A stretch of DNA of 47,189 nt from Nitrospirota bacterium. Its GTDB lineage: Bacteria > UBA2233. Location: NCBI GenBank assembly GCA_011620345.1, contig WOZJ01000072.1, positions 1 to 47,189 on the forward strand, written 5' to 3'. Position 1 is the stretch's first letter. Every line of letters begins with the position of its first letter. The translations under genes were made by a program, and so were the position numbers. Shown here in pieces: positions 41,589 to 47,189 of this stretch. The notes under the pieces are model-generated. The model was given only the letters and a program-made list of their open reading frames with translations. It was not told where the DNA came from and did no database searches.

Positions 41589-41760
41589 TTTAAGACCAGG
41601 GTTGCCTTGAGAGGCTTGAAAAAGGGGCGTACAGGAGCGAAGTGGATGGCGTATGCAATATGGCGGGCGGGTTTTCGGGCACAACGGCAAGTTGATGCGC
41701 TTGAAGCAGTCTGGAATCCACTAAAGGAACGGCACACCGCAAGGCTCTTTGGGTCTTAAA
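41589..41760 (+). ncRNA. ssrS: Probable 6S RNA
   Basis: ~172-nt rod: TTTAAGACC pairs with GGTCTTAAA, GCCTTG with CAAGGC, AGTGGAT with ATCCACT, purine-rich central bubble; immediately upstream of ygfA, the usual ssrS position. Confidence 0.72.
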
Positions 41761-41824
41761 GAAATCCCGACGAGGACGAAGCAAAAGCCCTCCTTTCCGC
41801 TTGGCCGTACGGGCGGAGAGGACA

Positions 41825-42433
41825 ATGCAAGAATTCTGTATTGCAAGCTCGAAAGCGGAGCTCAGGAGGACGCTGAAGCCACGCGGGAGCTTGAATCTGG
41901 AAAGCCTTCTTAAGGCAAGCCATGCACTCTGGGAGCGAACGCTCGGGCTAGGAGCCCTCAAGAAGGCTTTCCAGATAGGGTTGTATGCTCCGCTTCCTGG
42001 AGAACCGAGGCCACAAAGGGCCTTCGAATGGGTTTTTGCTGAGCAGCGACAACCTTTCTTACCCAAAATTTTCAACGAAACCCTCGTTTATCTAGCCATT
42101 GACCCTCTTGCTAAGCTGACGACCGGTCGCTACGGCATGCCAGAGCCCATCGGAGGGAAGGTATTGGATCCGCTTCCCGGGGACGTCTTGTTCGTCCCAG
42201 GGTTGGCGTTCGACCTTCGGGGATACAGGCTTGGTTATGGCAATGGTTACTTCGATCGGTTTCTTGCCACGCTTCCCCCGTTCGTTATCAAGATTGGTGT
42301 CTGTTTCGAGACCAGCCTTTGCCTGTCGCTCCCTGTCGACACATGGGATCAACCTGTGGATATTGTGGTTACCGAAGAGCAGGTTTTGCTGTGTACGGCT
42401 TACCGCCATCAACTTCAGCCAAAAGGAGTTTAA
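41825..42433 (+). CDS. ygfA: 5-formyltetrahydrofolate cyclo-ligase
   Basis: KAELR, YGMPEP, VPGLAFD.RGYRLGYGNGYFDRFL, WDQPVDIVVTE; ATG 41825. Confidence 0.93.
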   Translation: MQEFCIASSKAELRRTLKPRGSLNLESLLKASHALWERTLGLGALKKAFQIGLYAPLPGEPRPQRAFEWVFAEQRQPFLPKIFNETLVYLAIDPLAKLTTGRYGMPEPIGGKVLDPLPGDVLFVPGLAFDLRGYRLGYGNGYFDRFLATLPPFVIKIGVCFETSLCLSLPVDTWDQPVDIVVTEEQVLLCTAYRHQLQPKGV

Positions 42434-42437
42434 CAGC

Positions 42438-43994
42438 ATGTTGGAAGTGCTAGTGGTTGCAACGATTGCCTTAGGCCTAGGGGTCCTGTTGGGGTTTTGG
42501 CTCTTCCCGAAGGTTTGGAAGGCCAAGGAAAAGGGCTTGCGGGAGCAGGCCGAGGTGTTTCTTCAAGAAGCCAGGCATCGGGCAGACCAGATACTCAAAG
42601 AAGCCAAAATCACGGAGAAAAGCCTCCTAATCAAGGCCAAGGAGGACTTTGAAAAGGAAATCTCCCAAAGACACCAAGAGCTTGTCAGCCTAGAGAAAAA
42701 GCTCTTGCAACGCCAGGAGCACTTGGAGCGCAAGGTAGAGCAGATCGAAAAGAGGGAGTACGACATCCTCAAGCAAGAAAGAGAGCTCAGAAGCAGGGGA
42801 AGATCGCTTGAAACCAAAGAAGAAGAACTAGCAGAGCTTAAAAAGTCTATTATGGATCGGCTCGAAGAGGTTGGCGGAATGACTCGGGAGGAGGCCAAGC
42901 AAAGGGTCCTCGAAGCCGTAACCGAAGAGGCGCGGATGGAGGCGAGCAAGGTTGCCAAGGAGATTTTGGACGAGGCTCAGGCCGATGCCACGAAGAAGGC
43001 CAAGATGATCATCGGTCTTGCCATTCAGCGATATGCCGGAGAGTATACGCAAGAAAGGACGGTTTCTGTCGTCGATTTGCCATCCAACGACATGAAGGGC
43101 CGAATCATCGGCAGGGAGGGCAGGAACATCCGGGCGATCGAGGCCGCGACGGCCGTGGATGTTATTGTGGACGATACTCCCGATGCCGTCATTCTCTCTT
43201 CGCACAACCCGATCCGCCGGGAGATCGCGCGTCTGTCGCTGGAAAAGCTCGTGGCGGACGGAAGGATCCATCCGGCGAGGATCGAAGAGGTCGTCAAAAA
43301 GACCGAAGAAGAGATGGAAAAGATGATCCTCGATGCCGGCCAGAACGCCCTTTTTGAGCTCGGCATTCAAAGCATACACCCTGAGCTTGTCCGGTACTTG
43401 GGCATGCTCAAATATCGGACCTCCTACGCTCAGAACGTGCTTTCCCATTCGGTCGAGGCGGCCTACATTTGCTCGATCATGGCCGCGGAACTCGGGTTGG
43501 ACGTCAAAATAGCCAAAAGGGCGGCCGTTCTTCATGACATCGGCAAGGCCGTAAGCCATGAGGTGGAAGGTCAGCATGCGCTCATCGGAGCCGACCTGGC
43601 CAGGCGTTACGGCGAGTCTGCCGAGATTGTGCACGGGATCGAAGGCCACCACGAGGAAGTGCCGATCCAAAGCATCTGGCCGATTCTCGTGCAGGCGGCG
43701 GATGCGATATCGGGGGCGCGCCCGGGCGCAAGAAAGGAAACGTACGAACATTACATTAAGCGGCTTGAGACCCTAGAAAAGGTCGCACTCGGGTTCGATG
43801 GGATTGAAAAGGCGTATGCACTCCAGGCCGGCCGCGAGCTTCGGGTGGTCGTTCATTCGGTAATGGTCAACGACGCCAAAACGGCCATGCTTGCCAGGGA
43901 GATCGCCAAAAAGATTGAATCAGAGCTGACGTATCCAGGCAAGATCAAGGTTACGGTTATCCGGGAGGTTCGGGCGATTGAGCATGCCAAGTAA
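42438..43994 (+). CDS. rny: Ribonuclease Y
   Basis: TM anchor, coiled coil, KH (KGRIIGREGRNIR), HD domain (LHDIGK), ADAISGARPGAR; ATG 42438. Confidence 0.98.
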   Translation: MLEVLVVATIALGLGVLLGFWLFPKVWKAKEKGLREQAEVFLQEARHRADQILKEAKITEKSLLIKAKEDFEKEISQRHQELVSLEKKLLQRQEHLERKVEQIEKREYDILKQERELRSRGRSLETKEEELAELKKSIMDRLEEVGGMTREEAKQRVLEAVTEEARMEASKVAKEILDEAQADATKKAKMIIGLAIQRYAGEYTQERTVSVVDLPSNDMKGRIIGREGRNIRAIEAATAVDVIVDDTPDAVILSSHNPIRREIARLSLEKLVADGRIHPARIEEVVKKTEEEMEKMILDAGQNALFELGIQSIHPELVRYLGMLKYRTSYAQNVLSHSVEAAYICSIMAAELGLDVKIAKRAAVLHDIGKAVSHEVEGQHALIGADLARRYGESAEIVHGIEGHHEEVPIQSIWPILVQAADAISGARPGARKETYEHYIKRLETLEKVALGFDGIEKAYALQAGRELRVVVHSVMVNDAKTAMLAREIAKKIESELTYPGKIKVTVIREVRAIEHAK

Positions 43995-44778
43995 AGGCTT
44001 GAAGGTTCTGTTTGTCGGCGATGTGTTTGCCTCTACAGGAAGGCGCCTCTTGGAGAGATTCCTAGACGACGTAAGACAAGAGCACGGTATCGATTTTATC
44101 GTGGCAAACGCCGAGAATGCGGCCGGAGGCCGGGGAGTTACCCCAGAAATCGCGAAACATTTCTTCTCTATTGGGGTTGATGTCCTGACCACGGGGAACC
44201 ATGTGTTTGATCAAAAGGAAATTTTACCGTTTCTGGAGGAAGAACCCAGGCTTCTTAGGCCAGCCAATTTTTCTGTGCGTACTCCAGGGAGGGGACACGG
44301 ATGCTTCGCCGTCAACGAGGGGGAAGGCATGGTTGCTGTCATCAACCTGCAAGGGAGAGTCTATATGCCCCCTAACGGAGACTGCCCGTTTGCACGCGCC
44401 GATGAAATTCTAAAAGACCTTCCGGAAGGCGTACCTGTAGTTGTCGATTTTCATGCCGAAGCGACCTCTGAAAAGCAGGCGATGGCATGCTACCTGGACG
44501 GGCGGGTATCCGCCCTGGTCGGGACGCATACGCACGTGCAAACGGCCGATGCAACCGTTCTCCCCAAAGGGGCGGCGTTCATTACGGATTCAGGGATGAC
44601 AGGGCCAAAAGAATCCGTCATCGGCATGCGCGCCGATCGGGTGATCGAGAAATTTTTGACCGGCATGCCTGCGAAGTTTGAGCCCGCCAACGGGCCGGGC
44701 ATTTTTTGTGCCGTTGTGATCGATATCGGACAAGGCGGGCGAGCGAATCGGATTTTTACAGTACGGCTTGAAGAATAG
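43984..44778 (+). CDS. ymdB: YmdB-like metallophosphoesterase (TIGR00282 family)
   Basis: FVGDV, NAENAAGG, TGNH, RPAN, DFHAEATSEK, GTHTHVQTAD, GMTGP. Confidence 0.95.
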   Translation: MPSKGLKVLFVGDVFASTGRRLLERFLDDVRQEHGIDFIVANAENAAGGRGVTPEIAKHFFSIGVDVLTTGNHVFDQKEILPFLEEEPRLLRPANFSVRTPGRGHGCFAVNEGEGMVAVINLQGRVYMPPNGDCPFARADEILKDLPEGVPVVVDFHAEATSEKQAMACYLDGRVSALVGTHTHVQTADATVLPKGAAFITDSGMTGPKESVIGMRADRVIEKFLTGMPAKFEPANGPGIFCAVVIDIGQGGRANRIFTVRLEE

Positions 44779-44794
44779 GGGGTGCGGTTGAACG

Positions 44795-46048
44795 ATGGAA
44801 ACATATCCGAACGGTACTAACCCTGTGTTGGTGGATGTGGTCGAACTCATTACCGAAAGCGAGCTATTAGAAGCCCAAGAACGCTCTAGACGCCAAGGGA
44901 GGCCCTTGCGCGTAAAGATGGGGTTTGATCCCACCTCTCCGGACCTCCACTTCGGCCATCTTGTGGCATTGAGAAGGCTTCGAGCCTTCCAGGAATTGGG
45001 AGCCCATGTCTATGCCGTCATAGGAGACTTCACTGCTCGGATAGGCGATCCTTCGGGGAAGAAAAAAACCCGCCCAAGGCTTTCGGAAGAGGATGTGGAG
45101 GCGAACGCACGCACCTACAAAGAGCAGCTACTTCGAATTCTCGACCCTTCCAAAACGCATGTCGTTTGCAACAGCGCTTGGTTCTCTACGCTTCCCCTAG
45201 AGAAGCTTCTTCAGCTTGCTTCCTGTGTGAGCGTGGCCAGGCTCCTCTCGAGGCAAGATTTTCATGAGCGGCTGGAAAGTGAGGAGCCTCTATGGTTCCA
45301 CGAGCTCCTTTACCCCTTGTGCCAAGCCTACGATTCGGTCGTTCTGGAGGCCGATGTCGAAGTAGGGGGGCAAGATCAGATCTTCAACCTCCTCCTTGGG
45401 CGGGATCTACAAAGATCCTTGGGGCAGCCTCCTCAGGTTGTCCTTACGCTTCCTTTGCTCGAGGGGCTGGATGGACGCCTCAAGATGAGCAAATCGTTCG
45501 GGAACGTCATTGCCTTGGATGAGACTCCCAACGAGATGTTCGGCAAGATTATGGCGCTCGGCGATACCTTGTTGCCCAAGTATATCCGTTTGCTCGACCC
45601 AAGGCCCTTGTCCGAGGTGCAAGCGGCTTTGGGTCGGCTTGAAGATCCCTCTTACAACCCGATGAACGCTAAGAAGGCGTTTGCCGAAGCCATGGTTTCC
45701 TGGCTGCACGGGCAAGTGGCGGCAAGCCGAAGCGCGCGTTTCTTTGAAGAACGTTTCCAAAAAAAGCAGATTCCTGGCGATTTGCCAGAGCGCGTCGTTA
45801 AGATCGATGCCGAAGACATCTGGATAGGAGAGCTGTTCAAGCAGATTGGGTTTGTTAAGAGCTCTTCGGAATTCCTGCGGAAGGTGCAAGAAGGAGCGGT
45901 ACGGGTGGAAGGAGAAAAGCTGACCGACCCTACCTCGCGCTTGACTCTTCGACTCACTTCTTTCTTGTTAGAGCTTGGAAGAAAGATCGCGAAGGTTCGG
46001 CTTCAAGACGCTTCTTCTGGGCTTGACAACAAAGGGGGAGCAGGGTAA
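44795..46048 (+). CDS. tyrS: Tyrosine--tRNA ligase
   Basis: GFDPTSPDLHFGH (HIGH), IGDPSG, QAYD, GG.DQ.FN, KMSKS, S4-like C-terminus. Confidence 0.97.
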   Translation: METYPNGTNPVLVDVVELITESELLEAQERSRRQGRPLRVKMGFDPTSPDLHFGHLVALRRLRAFQELGAHVYAVIGDFTARIGDPSGKKKTRPRLSEEDVEANARTYKEQLLRILDPSKTHVVCNSAWFSTLPLEKLLQLASCVSVARLLSRQDFHERLESEEPLWFHELLYPLCQAYDSVVLEADVEVGGQDQIFNLLLGRDLQRSLGQPPQVVLTLPLLEGLDGRLKMSKSFGNVIALDETPNEMFGKIMALGDTLLPKYIRLLDPRPLSEVQAALGRLEDPSYNPMNAKKAFAEAMVSWLHGQVAASRSARFFEERFQKKQIPGDLPERVVKIDAEDIWIGELFKQIGFVKSSSEFLRKVQEGAVRVEGEKLTDPTSRLTLRLTSFLLELGRKIAKVRLQDASSGLDNKGGAG

Positions 46049-46051
46049 GAT
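46023..46051 (+). promoter_or_regulatory. Sigma70 promoter overlapping the tyrS 3' end
   Basis: TTGACA-17 nt-TAAGAT. Confidence 0.6.
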
Positions 46052-46186
46052 CACTATTCCGTCTTTTAGATTACTTAGAAATACGGCCTATGGTCTACTT
46101 GGGTCGAAAAATATTTGGCCCATAGGGAGGCATTTAGGTTGGGCAATGAGAGCGAGGGGTTTAATTAGGGAATTTTTAAAGACCCC

Positions 46187-46215
46187 TTGACACGCACAAA
46201 AGAATCAGATAAGCT
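46187..46215 (+). promoter_or_regulatory. rRNA operon promoter (P1-like)
   Basis: TTGACA-17 nt-TAAGCT with AT-rich upstream element. Confidence 0.7.
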
Positions 46216-46261
46216 ACTAAATACCCGTTAATTCTTAGAGAAGACATCAAGCAAGGATGTC

Positions 46262-46289
46262 TTGACAAAGAGAAAAATCGGGATATCAT
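46262..46289 (+). promoter_or_regulatory. rRNA operon promoter (P2-like)
   Basis: TTGACA-16 nt-TATCAT. Confidence 0.7.
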
Positions 46290-46303
46290 TAAAAAGCTAC
46301 TTC

Positions 46304-46315
46304 GCTCTTTGAAAA
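46304..46315 (+). promoter_or_regulatory. rRNA leader boxA antitermination element
   Basis: GCTCTTTGAAAA between the promoters and 16S. Confidence 0.75.
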
Positions 46316-46379
46316 CTAAATAGCAGCACAGCCAGACGCTTCTGTCTGTTCCGAGTAGTTTTTTATCAGATCTTCCATT

Positions 46380-47189
<810 letters not shown>

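Overview
Core-genome region of a moderately GC-rich (~55-60% by eye) bacterium. The 16S sequence and gene order suggest a deltaproteobacterial lineage (Myxococcota/Desulfobacterota-like; inference). Contents in order: 3' end of a TerC gene, an orphan ExbB/TolQ, ppiD-mrdA-mreD-mreC-mreB with rodA transcribed divergently, MAPEG, TlpA, a class IV aminotransferase, an rtcB-rpoH-like-lipB-ispA operon, coaE, an SCP2 lipid carrier, a GAF-GAF-GGDEF protein, tRNA-Ala, two tRNA-Ser, SRP RNA, dnaX-ybaB-recR, a GlrK/QseG/GlrR-like three-gene system, ligA, moaB, rpmE-prfA-prmC-murA-hisGDBHAF(IE), SDR, DedA, a secreted C45 hydrolase/rhodanese/LolA-like operon, ftsY, a 29-aa basic ORF, a probable 6S RNA, ygfA-rny-ymdB-tyrS and the 5' half of a 16S rRNA gene. 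I saw no mobile elements, CRISPR arrays or defence systems, and nothing here is demonstrably a new system. The best leads are the secreted C45 operon, the repeat-bearing structured rtcB leader, the FadR-like operator ahead of SCP2, and the small ORF plus 6S unit. All calls come from motif recognition by eye, not from database searches.
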